Source: an uncultured delta proteobacterium
GTDB taxonomy: Bacteria; Desulfobacterota; Binatia; UBA9968
DNA length: 64,000 nt
Direction of reading: 5' to 3'
Assembly: GCA_963804165.1 (NCBI GenBank)
Contig: CAWDPO010000046.1
Coordinates: forward strand, 64,001 to 128,000
Shown here one piece after another: positions 28,945 through 38,634 of this stretch. Numbering within the stretch: the stretch's first letter is position 1; every line of letters begins with the position of its first letter. Below the pieces are notes generated by a model. That model did not search any database, was not told the origin of the DNA, and saw nothing but the letters and a program-made list of their open reading frames with translations. A program made the position numbers and the translations under genes.

Positions 28945-29952
28945 CTAATCGCTCGCCACGATCTTGTTCGCCAACGCGCCGATCTTCGACGACGAGACTT
29001 CGACCGTGTCGCCGATTTTCAAAAAAAGATCGAGCGGTCGTTTGCCGTCGGGGCTGCGGCGTGATTTGTCCGCGGCGGTGCCCGCCGACGTGCCGCCGGC
29101 GATGACGTCTCCAGGCACGAACGTAAAATCCTGGGAGAGATATTCCAGCACGTCGCCGAACGACCAGATCATTTCCCGGGTATTGTAGCTCTGCCGCACG
29201 ACGCCGTTGATGCGGGTCTCGGCGTCGACGTCTTGATGGTCCATTTCATTGACGACAATGCACGGTCCCATGGACACCGCACCGTCAAAGTTTTTCTGCA
29301 AGTTGTAACTGACCATGCGATCCGTGCCGCCGCCGTCACGAATACTCCAGTCATGAAACAGAGTGACGCCCCAGACGTAGTCGCGGATTTTCGCGGCCGG
29401 AATATTTTTCCCCCGTTTACCGATCACGATGGCGATCTCGCCTTCGTAATCGAAATAGGTGACGCGCTTGGGAAAGGGAATCGTATCTCCCGGTCCCGCG
29501 ACTTCGGCCGGCACTTTCCAGAATCCCCACTGGCCGGCCTTCTTCGCTTCCTCGGTGATTTGCTCGATGCTGACGTCGGTTTTGCCGAGCCGGTTCGCCC
29601 ACATGCCGGCAAGGTGAGCCGCGTAGTTGCCGCCGACGCACGCGATGCGCCGCTCCGGCCACGGCGCGTGGAGCTTCACGTCAGAGGCGTTGTGAACGAC
29701 TTTGTTTTCGCCGCCTTCGTTGGGCGATATTTTGCCGGATTGCTCGACCACTCGCTGCGCTTCTTCCAGCGCGGGCGCGCCGCGCTCGATGAAAGATAGA
29801 AGGCGCGCCGGCAGACGGCTCGCCGCCAGTTGCTCCGGGTTCGACTCGCCGCGCTCCCGGAGTTCACGCGCCAGCCCGCGATTGAGATCGATCACTCTTT
29901 CCCCAACCAAAGCGCCGACGCGCCGTTCCGGTCCGAACACTACGATCTTCAT
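28945..29952 (-). CDS. Fumarylacetoacetate hydrolase family protein
   Basis: CVGGNYAAH, FWK, DYEGEIAIVIGK, HDWSIRD, KNFD, MGP, PGDVIAGGT. Confidence 0.92.
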   Translation of the reverse strand: MKIVVFGPERRVGALVGERVIDLNRGLARELRERGESNPEQLAASRLPARLLSFIERGAPALEEAQRVVEQSGKISPNEGGENKVVHNASDVKLHAPWPERRIACVGGNYAAHLAGMWANRLGKTDVSIEQITEEAKKAGQWGFWKVPAEVAGPGDTIPFPKRVTYFDYEGEIAIVIGKRGKNIPAAKIRDYVWGVTLFHDWSIRDGGGTDRMVSYNLQKNFDGAVSMGPCIVVNEMDHQDVDAETRINGVVRQSYNTREMIWSFGDVLEYLSQDFTFVPGDVIAGGTSAGTAADKSRRSPDGKRPLDLFLKIGDTVEVSSSKIGALANKIVASD

Positions 29953-30031
29953 GTTTGTCCTCCCGCTTAGGCTCGTGTGAGATGGCGTAACATCTTGCTC
30001 GCGTTCCGGTCAAGAGTTCGGCAACGACTCG

Positions 30032-30226
30032 AAAGTTCGTTGTATAAATGCCGCTTCATTCCGGTTGAAAATCTCCCCTTCCGCTCTTTGGTAAAGAGGG
30101 GTGAGAATCGCATGGAGAAAAATCCTCTTTGAAAAAAGGGGTGTTCGGACCGGGGACAAAGGGAGAATTGAGTTCGCGTTCAGCAACTGCCATCGTTAGG
30201 ACTTTATAAACGAACTTCCACACTAG
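30032..30226. repeat. CCTCTTT..AAAGAGGGG-type REP doublet inside aagttcgtt/aacgaactt inverted ends
   Basis: aaatctcccc..ctctttggtaaagagggg...cctctttgaaaaaagggg..gggaga. Confidence 0.65.
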
Positions 30227-30337
30227 CGGTCACGGTGATTTCTTGACGTTTGCCGGGCTTGCGCCTATGTTTACGGCGCGCGTGCGGTCGCCCGTCGTTG
30301 TGCGACGAGCACGACTCCAATTCAGCGGGGGTGAAAA

Positions 30338-31060
30338 ATGTTCGACAGTTGGCGAGGCGTTGTCGGCGATATCAAGCCTACCTATCGGCCTGGCTCGTTG
30401 GAGGATTTTATTCGCTTGCTTCCCGAAGGCATCGGCGTGATTCCACTCACGGTCGGCATCAGTTCCGGAACCGAACAGGAGTTTCGCGACGTGCTGGCGG
30501 ACTACCAGCAGAAGGCGGTGCAACTGGCGGAGCTGGGCGCCGACTTGATTCACATCGGCGGCGCACCGCCGATGATGGTGCACGGCTTTCACGGCGAGGA
30601 TAAAATCGTCAAAGAGCTCGAGGCCAAGATCGGCGTGCCCGTCAGCACTTCGGGCAAATCTCAGGTCGAGGCGATGCACGCGCTGGGTGCCAAGAGCTTG
30701 GTCGGCGTTACTTACTTCAATGACAAATTGAATCAGATTTTCAGCCGCTACTTCAGCGAAGCGGGCATCGAAGTGAAAGCGATGGAGGGAATCGAAGTCG
30801 CTTTCAAAGACGTGGGAAAGCTATCGGGAGAAGAGATCTACAAACACACCAAGAAGGCGTTTCTCAAGCATCCCGACGCCGACGCGATCTATATGCTCGG
30901 CTCGGGCTGGCGGCTGCTCAAAGTGGTGCGCCTGCTGGAGCAAGACCTTCAGGTGCCGGTCATTTACAATCTCGCGACCAAGCTCTGGGACGTGCAGAAG
31001 CGGTTTCACGTGCGCGAGCCGGTGAAGGGCTACGGCCGATTGCTGGAGGAATTGCCGTAG
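30338..31060 (+). CDS. Asp/Glu racemase / maleate isomerase / arylmalonate decarboxylase-fold protein lacking cysteines
   Basis: LAELGADLI, GVPVSTS...EAMHALGAK, F..AGIEV, PDADAIY, LEQDLQVPVI, GYGRLL. Confidence 0.85.
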   Translation: MFDSWRGVVGDIKPTYRPGSLEDFIRLLPEGIGVIPLTVGISSGTEQEFRDVLADYQQKAVQLAELGADLIHIGGAPPMMVHGFHGEDKIVKELEAKIGVPVSTSGKSQVEAMHALGAKSLVGVTYFNDKLNQIFSRYFSEAGIEVKAMEGIEVAFKDVGKLSGEEIYKHTKKAFLKHPDADAIYMLGSGWRLLKVVRLLEQDLQVPVIYNLATKLWDVQKRFHVREPVKGYGRLLEELP

Positions 31061-31069
31061 CGCCGTGGT

Positions 31070-31141
31070 TGGAGTGCTGGAATGATGGAGTACTGGACTC
31101 TTGGGTTGGAAATCCATCACTCCATTACTCCAATACTCCAG
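31070..31141. repeat. Palindromic 8-nt tandem repeat (tggagtrn / yactcca)
   Basis: tggagtgctggaatgatggagtactgg...ccatcactccattactccaatactcca, between convergent genes. Confidence 0.75.
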
Positions 31142-31159
31142 TTCGATTATTGCCCCCGG

Positions 31160-32197
31160 CTATCGCGCCACAGGAACGCGAAAAGTTTCTTGATGTTCTT
31201 TAAGCCACACCTGGATGCGCTCGCTCACTTTGGCGTCGGGCGGCGCCGGATGTTTGATGCGATCTAAGCCTACTCGCGGAAAGAGCGCTTTCACGCCGGC
31301 GTGCGAACTGGTGAAACCCTCTTCGGTGAAAAGCGTCTGGCCCTCCACCGACGCTAAAAAGTCATAAAAAAACCTGGCCGCGGTAGGGTGAGGCGCTTTC
31401 TCGGAGATACCGGCAGGGTGAATGCTGTAGACGATCGGATTGGCTTCGGCCGACCAATCCACGGGGGCGCCTTTGGCGCGCGCAAGCTCGATCCGGTGCG
31501 CCCGGATGATGGCGACGGGAAACTCGCCGGCGACTAAAAGATTCGCCGTGTTGGTGTAGCCTTGTTGCGTTTGCGGATCTTGCTCCGCCAGCGCCCGCAT
31601 GAAATCACGACCCGTCTTGTCGCCCAGATAGGCGACCATGCCGCCATACCATTGATAGGCTTCGGCAGGAACGCCGATTCTTTTTCCTTTCCATTTAGGC
31701 TCCAACAGATTCTTCCAGTCCTTCGGCGCGTCGGCCGGCTTAACCATGCGGGTATTCCAGCCGATGGTGGCGATGGCGCCATAGAGGCTGATCCAGGTGC
31801 CCGCGGGGTCGCGGTGCGGTTCGGCAAATTTCTGAAACTCCGGGGTAAAATACTTCGCCAGCGCGACATGTTTAGGGAGTTGGAAAAACTGCACATACTC
31901 GGCGGTCGCGATATCCCAAAGAAATTTTCCGGCCCGCGCTTCGCTTCTGATCCTTTCGATCAGTCCGGCGCCGCCCATGCGCAGGTACTTGACCTTGATC
32001 GGCGGATACTTGTCTTCGAAGGCTTTGATGATGCGACCGACGATCGTGCCGCCCGTCAGAGAGCCGTACCAGACGACCTCCGCTTCTTTCCTTGCCTGAT
32101 CCATCCGCGCTGGTCCGGTTTGCGCTCGTACACTCGCGCAGAGAGTTATGCTGAGGGCGAGCGCGGTGACATGGGCGGGGAATACAAAAGGCTTCAC
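31160..32197 (-). CDS. ABC extracellular solute-binding protein (Fe3+/thiamine/polyamine class)
   Basis: GTG start with AAGGAG RBS; FEDKYP, WNTRMV, PKDWKNLLEPKWKG, GEFPV, APHPTAA. Confidence 0.88.
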   Translation of the reverse strand: MKPFVFPAHVTALALSITLCASVRAQTGPARMDQARKEAEVVWYGSLTGGTIVGRIIKAFEDKYPPIKVKYLRMGGAGLIERIRSEARAGKFLWDIATAEYVQFFQLPKHVALAKYFTPEFQKFAEPHRDPAGTWISLYGAIATIGWNTRMVKPADAPKDWKNLLEPKWKGKRIGVPAEAYQWYGGMVAYLGDKTGRDFMRALAEQDPQTQQGYTNTANLLVAGEFPVAIIRAHRIELARAKGAPVDWSAEANPIVYSIHPAGISEKAPHPTAARFFYDFLASVEGQTLFTEEGFTSSHAGVKALFPRVGLDRIKHPAPPDAKVSERIQVWLKEHQETFRVPVAR

Positions 32198-32474
32198 GGC
32201 TTGCTCCTTATGAGTCTTACGTCGGCTCGGCGGCTGTTGCGGGTTACGCGCGTGCAAGACTGCCGTGGCTGATGGCGTAGCACCACGCTCGACATACGGT
32301 CAAGTGCTGGATCCATACGGACTGCGACAGCATCGGATGACCGCAGCGATGCTGGCGCCGCTTCGCACTGGCCCGCGGTATTTGTTTTTGATAGGGTCGC
32401 GCTGACATTGCGATTGGCTCCCGGCGAAGAATATCGATTCAAACTGCAGAGTCGTTTGTTCAGGAGGGAATATC

Positions 32475-33485
32475 ATGAAGCGACATCCCGTGCTCGACTG
32501 CAGTTGTCGATTTATTCTTTTTCTGGTGGCGCTCGCTTATCCCCTATATCACGCAACTGCGGCTGATAAACTCATCGGCTTTCATTCCGCACGCACGATG
32601 TCCCAAGCGATGCCGTGGATCGCCGAAGAGGCGGGGCTGTTTCGCAAATACGATTTGGATTTCCAACTGGTTTATATTTCATCGGCGCCGATCGTCACGG
32701 CGGCGATCTTGGGTGGCGACGCTCAAGTCGCGATCAGCGGCGGCGAAGCGATCGTGCGCGCGTTTGCGCAGGGAGCGACCGATTTGGTTTTTGTCGGTAG
32801 CGCGAAAAATACCCTGACCCACAGTATTTTGGGCAAAGCGGAAATTAAGAGACCGGAAGATCTGAGAGGCAAAAAGCTCGGGTTGTCGCGTCTCGGCAGC
32901 AATTCGCATTATTTCATCATCCAGGCACTGAGAAAAAGCGGCGTGGAGCCGAACGAGGTCAATCTCATCCAGACCGGCGGTCAAGTGGAAAATCTCGCGG
33001 CTTTGCTAAGCGGCAACGTCGACGCCGCGACGATGACCGGGCCATCGGGGGGAACGAGAGCGGTAGCGCAAGGGTACCGATACGTAGTTTACGGTCCGGA
33101 TTTGCATATTCCATTTGCCGCGGCGACGCTGATCACGCGCCGCTCCATTCTCAACGCGCGCGCTCCAGTGATAGAAAAATTCGTCCGCGCCACGGCGGAA
33201 GCGATGAAGATCATGTTTCTCGACAAGGAATTGACCTATAAAGTATTGGCAAAACAGTTGCGCATCAACGACCGCAAGGTCCTCGACGCGGCGTACGATG
33301 AAGAAATCAAAGTACTGGAGCGGCGGCTGGAATTTAAGAATGAAGCCTTTCAGGCGATCATCGATGAAACGGGGAAAGTCGATGCGCGGGCGAAAAAGGT
33401 AAAACCCCAGGATCTGGTCGACCGGCGGTTTCTCGACGGGCTGAATAAAAGCGGTTTCTTCGATAAGCTCTGGGCGGGGAAATAA
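32475..33485 (+). CDS. ABC transporter substrate-binding protein, NMT1/SsuA-like
   Basis: PWIAEEAGLFRKYDLD, DLRGKKLG, AALLSGNVDA. Confidence 0.9.
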   Translation: MKRHPVLDCSCRFILFLVALAYPLYHATAADKLIGFHSARTMSQAMPWIAEEAGLFRKYDLDFQLVYISSAPIVTAAILGGDAQVAISGGEAIVRAFAQGATDLVFVGSAKNTLTHSILGKAEIKRPEDLRGKKLGLSRLGSNSHYFIIQALRKSGVEPNEVNLIQTGGQVENLAALLSGNVDAATMTGPSGGTRAVAQGYRYVVYGPDLHIPFAAATLITRRSILNARAPVIEKFVRATAEAMKIMFLDKELTYKVLAKQLRINDRKVLDAAYDEEIKVLERRLEFKNEAFQAIIDETGKVDARAKKVKPQDLVDRRFLDGLNKSGFFDKLWAGK

Positions 33486-33537
33486 AAAGTTCCGGTCGGA
33501 GCGGATTGGTGCGGCTTAATGTCTCTATCGGGGATGG

Positions 33538-33716
33538 TTGAACTCCCCCGCCTTTAGGCGGGGTGAAGGTTCGTCATGCCGGCGAACGCCGGCATCCAGG
33601 TTCGTTTTGCGGCTCAAGTTCCAGAACCGCATGGATTCCGCCGGAATGACGGGAACGAGAGCCGACTTCTAGTCGACAAATTCAGAATCCCTCGACTCGG
33701 AGCCGAGGGTGGTTCA
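33538..33716 (+). mobile_element. Non-autonomous IS200/IS605-type palindromic-ended element carrying a REP doublet
   Basis: Left end TTGAA-CTCCCCCGCCTTTAGGCGGGG; right end GAATCCCTCG..CGAGGG-TGGTTCA; interior gtcatgccggcgaacgccggcatccag...tggattccgccggaatgac. Confidence 0.6.
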
Positions 33717-33800
33717 GTTGGCGAGCATTTTCTTCACGCGTTCGGTGACTGCTGTCGGTTGGTCCATGACCTTTTTGATGAGCGACTCCTAGTCCGTCCC
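33714..33800 (-). pseudogene. Orphan 3' fragment of a TctC/Bug gene
   Basis: GTD*ESLIKKVMDQPTAVTERVKKMLAN* matches the TctC C-termini in this window. Confidence 0.65.
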
Positions 33801-33885
33801 GATCGTCGCCATAGTCGTCTCTGCACGACGGATTTTCTCACGAGTGACTTCCCCTGAGAGTTTGCTCGAGCGCTGGGTCACGGAT

Positions 33886-35043
33886 TTATTTCACGCGGTA
33901 TTCCTTGACGACGTCTTCATTGAGCTCCAGGCCGAGTCCCGGTTTCTCGGTCAGCGTAATCCAGCCATTGACCGGACCCGGCAGATCTTTATAGACGGTA
34001 TTTGCCGTAAGCCAGTTGTTCACGTGAATCTCGGCGCGCCAGCCATTGGGCACCGCCGCGTGTAAGTGAATATCGAAGTGGTCGCCGTTGCCGACCGGCA
34101 AATTGAACGCATGGGCCAGCCCCGCCGCCTTCATCCCCATGGTGAATCCGCCGACCGACAGCACGTGGATGTTCAGGAAGTCGATGGCGTCCTGCTTGAC
34201 TAGATCCGCTAGCTTGAAAAAGTTTTCCCACTGGCCGGCGGCGATGGGAATGCTCGTTTGTCTGCGCAACTGCGCCAGCAGATGCGGGTCGTTGTGCACG
34301 ATCGGCTCTTCGAACCACATGAGGTTGTAAGGTTCGAAGCGTTTGCACCAGCGCACCGCGGCGTCGAGCTTCATGAGACAATTGGCGTCGGCCATCAATT
34401 CCACACCCTCACCGACCGCGTCGCGAACCGCGCGCAGGCGCGACTCGTCTTCCGCGGGATTGTCCTCGCGATGCTCGCCGCTCGCTCCGGAAGGGTCCAT
34501 GGCGCCGCGAATATTGGAGCGGCCGACCTGAATCTTGAGCCGCGTTTCTCCTTTGGCCACCCAATATTTCGCCGCTTCCGCCAGTTCGTCTCGATTATAG
34601 GCGCGAAGTCCGAAAGTAATGTAAGCCGGTATGGATTTCTGGGCGCCACCCAAGAGACGCCAGACCGGCGCATTATAAAATTTGCCCTTGATGTCCCACA
34701 GCGCGACGTCGACGGCGCTCACGGCGAAGTTCCAAACCCCCGCGTGGGCGCGGGTATTATATTTCCAAAGCATCTGGTGCATCACGCGCTCGTTTTCCAG
34801 CGGGTCTTGGCCTGTCAAAAAGGGCGCGAGATCCTGTTGGATGAATGCGGCGGTGGCGGAGTGCATAAAACCGCCGAACTGTGAAAGTCCGACGAGGCCG
34901 TTGTCGGTTTTTACTTTCAACACGCGCACGGCGGCGCGCACGGGCTGTTTGAACAGCGGCGGTGTGACGGGGATATTTTGTAATTCAATGATTTCGATAT
35001 CGGTAATCTTCAAAGTGCTGCTCCTTTGCGTCTCGTTTGTCAA
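33886..35043 (-). CDS. Mandelate racemase / muconate lactonizing enzyme family (enolase superfamily)
   Basis: SAVDVALWDIKGK, PVWRLLGG, LMADAN, WFEEP, IAAG, PGLGLE. Confidence 0.92.
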   Translation of the reverse strand: MTNETQRSSTLKITDIEIIELQNIPVTPPLFKQPVRAAVRVLKVKTDNGLVGLSQFGGFMHSATAAFIQQDLAPFLTGQDPLENERVMHQMLWKYNTRAHAGVWNFAVSAVDVALWDIKGKFYNAPVWRLLGGAQKSIPAYITFGLRAYNRDELAEAAKYWVAKGETRLKIQVGRSNIRGAMDPSGASGEHREDNPAEDESRLRAVRDAVGEGVELMADANCLMKLDAAVRWCKRFEPYNLMWFEEPIVHNDPHLLAQLRRQTSIPIAAGQWENFFKLADLVKQDAIDFLNIHVLSVGGFTMGMKAAGLAHAFNLPVGNGDHFDIHLHAAVPNGWRAEIHVNNWLTANTVYKDLPGPVNGWITLTEKPGLGLELNEDVVKEYRVK

Positions 35044-35421
35044 AATTACTTCGGCTAGGACAGTCCCGCTGGGCCGTCTGGATAAGTCGAGCCATAATAA
35101 TCTGGGATTATTGCCGACGGCAAGATCAAAATTCGCTAACCCGAAGTAATGGCGCTTCCGTCACGCGATTAACACCCGTTCCGTTTTCGAAACACTTTCT
35201 CCTCTATTGTTGGTGGGATTTTCCCGACAACGATTCGATGTGTTCGAAAGGAATCGCTGCTGGAAGAGCGGATCTTTCCAGGACGCTTTCTTTGCAGATT
35301 TCTTAACTCAGCTCGACGCACGCTTTTTCCCCACTCGTTGTAGCGGAAAGTCAGACAATCAATGGCACTGACGAGAGTCGTGGACCGATGATAATTTTGG
35401 GAATTCCTTCGTCGCAGGCGC

Positions 35422-35437
35422 TGGCATAGGCCTTGCT
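35422..35437 (+). promoter_or_regulatory. sigma54 -24/-12 promoter
   Basis: TGGCAT-AGGCC-TTGCT, 80 nt upstream of the ATG at 35518. Confidence 0.7.
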
Positions 35438-35517
35438 CATTCATCGGATGTTCGTGGATGCGAGGAAGATGGAAATTGGTGGATCTGAAATAATAACGAA
35501 CTTTGGAGGCGTCGAAT

Positions 35518-36141
35518 ATGGACACGAATATCTGGATTGTCATCGTCGCTCTTCTTGTGGGCGTCATTATTTTTCTCGCTGGATTGCTTTTCACCCAGAA
35601 GCGACGATCCCAGCAGTTGCAATCCCGTTTCGGCCCGGAATACGACCGAGCTGTTCGACAATACGGCGATCAAAAGCATGCCGAGGAGGAGCTTGCGGCT
35701 CGGCAACGGCGTGTGACCGGTTTTCGCATCATCCCGTTATCGCGTGAAGACGCGGCGCGTTTCGCAGAGTCATGGCGCGCCGTGCAAAATCGCTTCGTGG
35801 ATGATCCCAATGCCGCGGTTCAGGACGCCGATCGCCAGGTGCGCGAGCTCATGCAGCGGCGCGGCTATCCGATGGCGGATTTCGAGCAGCGAGCGGCCGA
35901 CTTATCGGTCGATCATCCGACGGTGGTCGAGAACTATCGAGCAGCGCATCAAGTCGCGCTGCGCAACGAAGGCGGCACAGCGAGCACAGAAGAACTGAGA
36001 AAAGCGATCGTTCATTATCGGGCGATCTTCGATGAATTGTTGGAAGTGGGTAGCGCTCGGCGAGAAGTTCAAGAACCGGAAAGAAAAGGAGGATTAAACC
36101 AGTGGAAATTCGGGAAAGACCTCTTTCGACGGCAGATCTAG
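35518..36141 (+). CDS. Conserved membrane-anchored hypothetical protein
   Basis: N-terminal TM; RFGPEYDR, WRAVQNRFVDDP, RGYP, DLSVDH, STEELR..IVHYRAIF; GGAGG RBS. Confidence 0.85.
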   Translation: MDTNIWIVIVALLVGVIIFLAGLLFTQKRRSQQLQSRFGPEYDRAVRQYGDQKHAEEELAARQRRVTGFRIIPLSREDAARFAESWRAVQNRFVDDPNAAVQDADRQVRELMQRRGYPMADFEQRAADLSVDHPTVVENYRAAHQVALRNEGGTASTEELRKAIVHYRAIFDELLEVGSARREVQEPERKGGLNQWKFGKDLFRRQI

Positions 36142-36536
36142 CGGCGACTTCTGTAAACCGTGAGGCACGGCAGGGAGAGAAGGAGCACTCTCCGAAAGAG
36201 CCTGAGTCCGTTATCGCTCTGGGAGAGGCCTCAACCGAAAGGGCGCCCAACCAGGATAGCGAAGAGCTTGTGCCACTGTTTTCAGAATCCTCGGTACGCG
36301 ATTTGCGCTCGCAGTGGACCGCGCTTCAGAGCGGCTTTGTCGACGAACCGAGACACTCAGTTGAGCAGGCGGACGAACTCGTCGCCCGCGTCATGAAAGA
36401 TATGGCGGAGACGTTTTCGGCTGAGAGATCCAAGCTCGAGCGACAATGGGAGCAAGGCGACAAGATTTCCACCGAAGACCTGCGGCTCGTGTTACGGCGT
36501 TATCGCTCGTTTTTTGACCGCTTTCTGTCGGTTTGA
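36102..36536 (+). CDS. Conserved hypothetical protein, paralog of the C-terminal domain of the preceding gene
   Basis: AGGAGG RBS; WTALQSGFVDEP..SVEQAD, STEDLR..LRRYRSFFD. Confidence 0.85.
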   Translation: MEIRERPLSTADLAATSVNREARQGEKEHSPKEPESVIALGEASTERAPNQDSEELVPLFSESSVRDLRSQWTALQSGFVDEPRHSVEQADELVARVMKDMAETFSAERSKLERQWEQGDKISTEDLRLVLRRYRSFFDRFLSV

Positions 36537-36730
36537 TTTGAATTGACGCTTGGGATCCGGCGCCGACGTGAAAATCCTTCAAGTGGATCCGCGACCAGCC
36601 TATGTGGGGGTGAGAAACACGGGCGGCTGCGGCGCCGGACACAGACTTTTTTTGGTTGAGTTAATTCGGTCTCTTCTCAGAGAGATTAGCGCTTCGGGTT
36701 ATCACTCTTGTGCCATCTGTTGGACCGGTC

Positions 36731-38311
36731 ATGCGGCGATTATTTTATTGGACCGCGGGCGCCTTGGTGTTTTTGCTGATCGCCATCCTCGCGTCCGCCC
36801 ACCTTCTCGATGAGCCTTTGCGCAAAAAAATCGAAGCAGATTTAAATCAGCGCTTGAAAGGTTACTCCGTCCGTGTCGGTGGGCTCGATTTCCATCCCAT
36901 CGGACTTTCACTCGAGCTCGAGCAATCGACAATCTATCAGAATGCCCATCCCGAACCCGCGGTCGCGGAGATTCCCTACTTAAGCGCCAGCGTGCATTGG
37001 CGAGCGCTCCTTTTCGGCAGACTGGTCGCTGACTTTGAGATCGACAAACCGAAGATTCATTTTGATTTGAGGCAGTTCACGCAAGAGGCCAAGGACGAAG
37101 TGCCGATGAAGGAGCGAGGATGGCAGGACGCATTGGAGGCGATCTACCCGCTCAAAATCAATCGCTTCGCGATAAACGACGCTGATCTTACCTATATCGA
37201 CAAGGGGCCATTCCGACCTCTGCGCATGACCCGGCTCAATTTTGTCGCCGAAAACATTCGCAATATCGAGTCTGCGAAAGGAACCTATCCGTCGCCGGTG
37301 CACGCGCAAGGCGTCGTGTTTGACAGCGGTAAGCTCAAGCTCGACGGCAACGCAGATTTTCTCGCTGAGCCTCACGTCGCGGTTAAAGCCGATCTGCAAT
37401 TGGAGCAGATCGGGATCGACTACTTCAAACCCATCGCGGAGAGATTCAAGTTCTCGGTCCGGGAGGGTGTTCTCTCTACCGACGGATCGATCGAATACGC
37501 GCCTGAAGGCACAAAAATTCAAATCAAGGAATTGCGTCTGAATAAAGTTGTTGCGGACTATATCCACGATGCGCCCGAGGCACCGACGAAAAACATCGCC
37601 AAGGAAGCGAGAAAAACGGCGAAAAAATACAGCAACGAACCCACCCTCGAGGTGAAAATCGATCGGCTGCGGATCGATGACGGGAAACTGGGTTATGTCA
37701 ATCAGGCAGCAAAGCCGGCCTATCACGTGTTTTTTAACAACGCCTATTTAGATATCGAAAACTTCAGTAATCATTTGAAGGACGGCGTGGCCCGCGGCCG
37801 GGCAAAGGGAAAATTCATGGGTAATGGGCCAAGTACAATTGCCGTTGCTTTTCGCCCCGAGACGAAAGGACCGGATTTTGATCTGACGATGAGTATCGAA
37901 AACACCGATATGCGGTCCATGAACAATCTGTTCCGCGCTTACGGCAATTTCGACGTGGTCGAGGGCAAGTTTTCTTTTTATTCAGAGCTCAAGGTCCGAC
38001 AGGGTAAAGTCGACGGATATGTGAAGCCTTTGTTTCGCGACATGGACGTATACGATGCGCGCCAGGATCGGGAAAAAAATCTCTTTCGCAAGCTCTATGA
38101 GGGTCTGGTTGGCGGCATTTCGGCGTTGTTGACCAATGCGCCGCGTGAAGAAGTCGCGACCCAAACCACCGTTTCCGGTGACATCGAGTCGCCGGAAACG
38201 AGCACGTGGGAAACCGTGATGCGTTTGGTTCAAAACGCCTTCTTCAAAGCTATCCTGCCGGGATTTGAGAGAGAAGTCGCTCAAGGTAAAACCGAGCCCA
38301 AGCGCGGTTAG
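36731..38311 (+). CDS. DUF748 / AsmA-like protein
   Basis: N-terminal anchor; repeated beta-rich units (SVHWRALLFG, GKFSFYSEL, GYVKPLF, NAFFKAILPGF). Confidence 0.8.
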   Translation: MRRLFYWTAGALVFLLIAILASAHLLDEPLRKKIEADLNQRLKGYSVRVGGLDFHPIGLSLELEQSTIYQNAHPEPAVAEIPYLSASVHWRALLFGRLVADFEIDKPKIHFDLRQFTQEAKDEVPMKERGWQDALEAIYPLKINRFAINDADLTYIDKGPFRPLRMTRLNFVAENIRNIESAKGTYPSPVHAQGVVFDSGKLKLDGNADFLAEPHVAVKADLQLEQIGIDYFKPIAERFKFSVREGVLSTDGSIEYAPEGTKIQIKELRLNKVVADYIHDAPEAPTKNIAKEARKTAKKYSNEPTLEVKIDRLRIDDGKLGYVNQAAKPAYHVFFNNAYLDIENFSNHLKDGVARGRAKGKFMGNGPSTIAVAFRPETKGPDFDLTMSIENTDMRSMNNLFRAYGNFDVVEGKFSFYSELKVRQGKVDGYVKPLFRDMDVYDARQDREKNLFRKLYEGLVGGISALLTNAPREEVATQTTVSGDIESPETSTWETVMRLVQNAFFKAILPGFEREVAQGKTEPKRG

Positions 38312-38448
38312 CCTGCTTGGGAGCAAAGGCGCGGTTGTCATTTCGTCAAAGACTGCTGAATGTAAGCAAAAGCCGTTATCACCTATGCTTTTGACATACA
38401 TGAAAGCGCCGGCGGTTCAAAATCGTTGACGAATCATGCCAGACTCTG

Positions 38449-38464
38449 TGGCATCTCGGTTGCA
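38449..38464 (+). promoter_or_regulatory. sigma54 -24/-12 promoter
   Basis: TGGCAT-CTCGG-TTGCA. Confidence 0.7.
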
Positions 38465-38527
38465 CAAGTGCTGGTAACACTGACGCATAACTTGAGGTGG
38501 GCGGAATAGAATCAGGGAGGTCAAACG

Positions 38528-38602
38528 ATGGGCAATATTTTTTACATCATCGGCGTCGTGGTCGTCGTATTGTTTATTCTCGGATATCTGGGACTACGAT
38601 AA
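38528..38602 (+). CDS. 24-aa single-TM small protein
   Basis: AGGGAGG RBS; MGNIFYIIGVVVVVLFILGYLGLR*; below the ORF-track cutoff. Confidence 0.7.
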   Translation: MGNIFYIIGVVVVVLFILGYLGLR

Positions 38603-38634
38603 TTGATGAGTATGAACAGAAGGGAGAAGATTCA

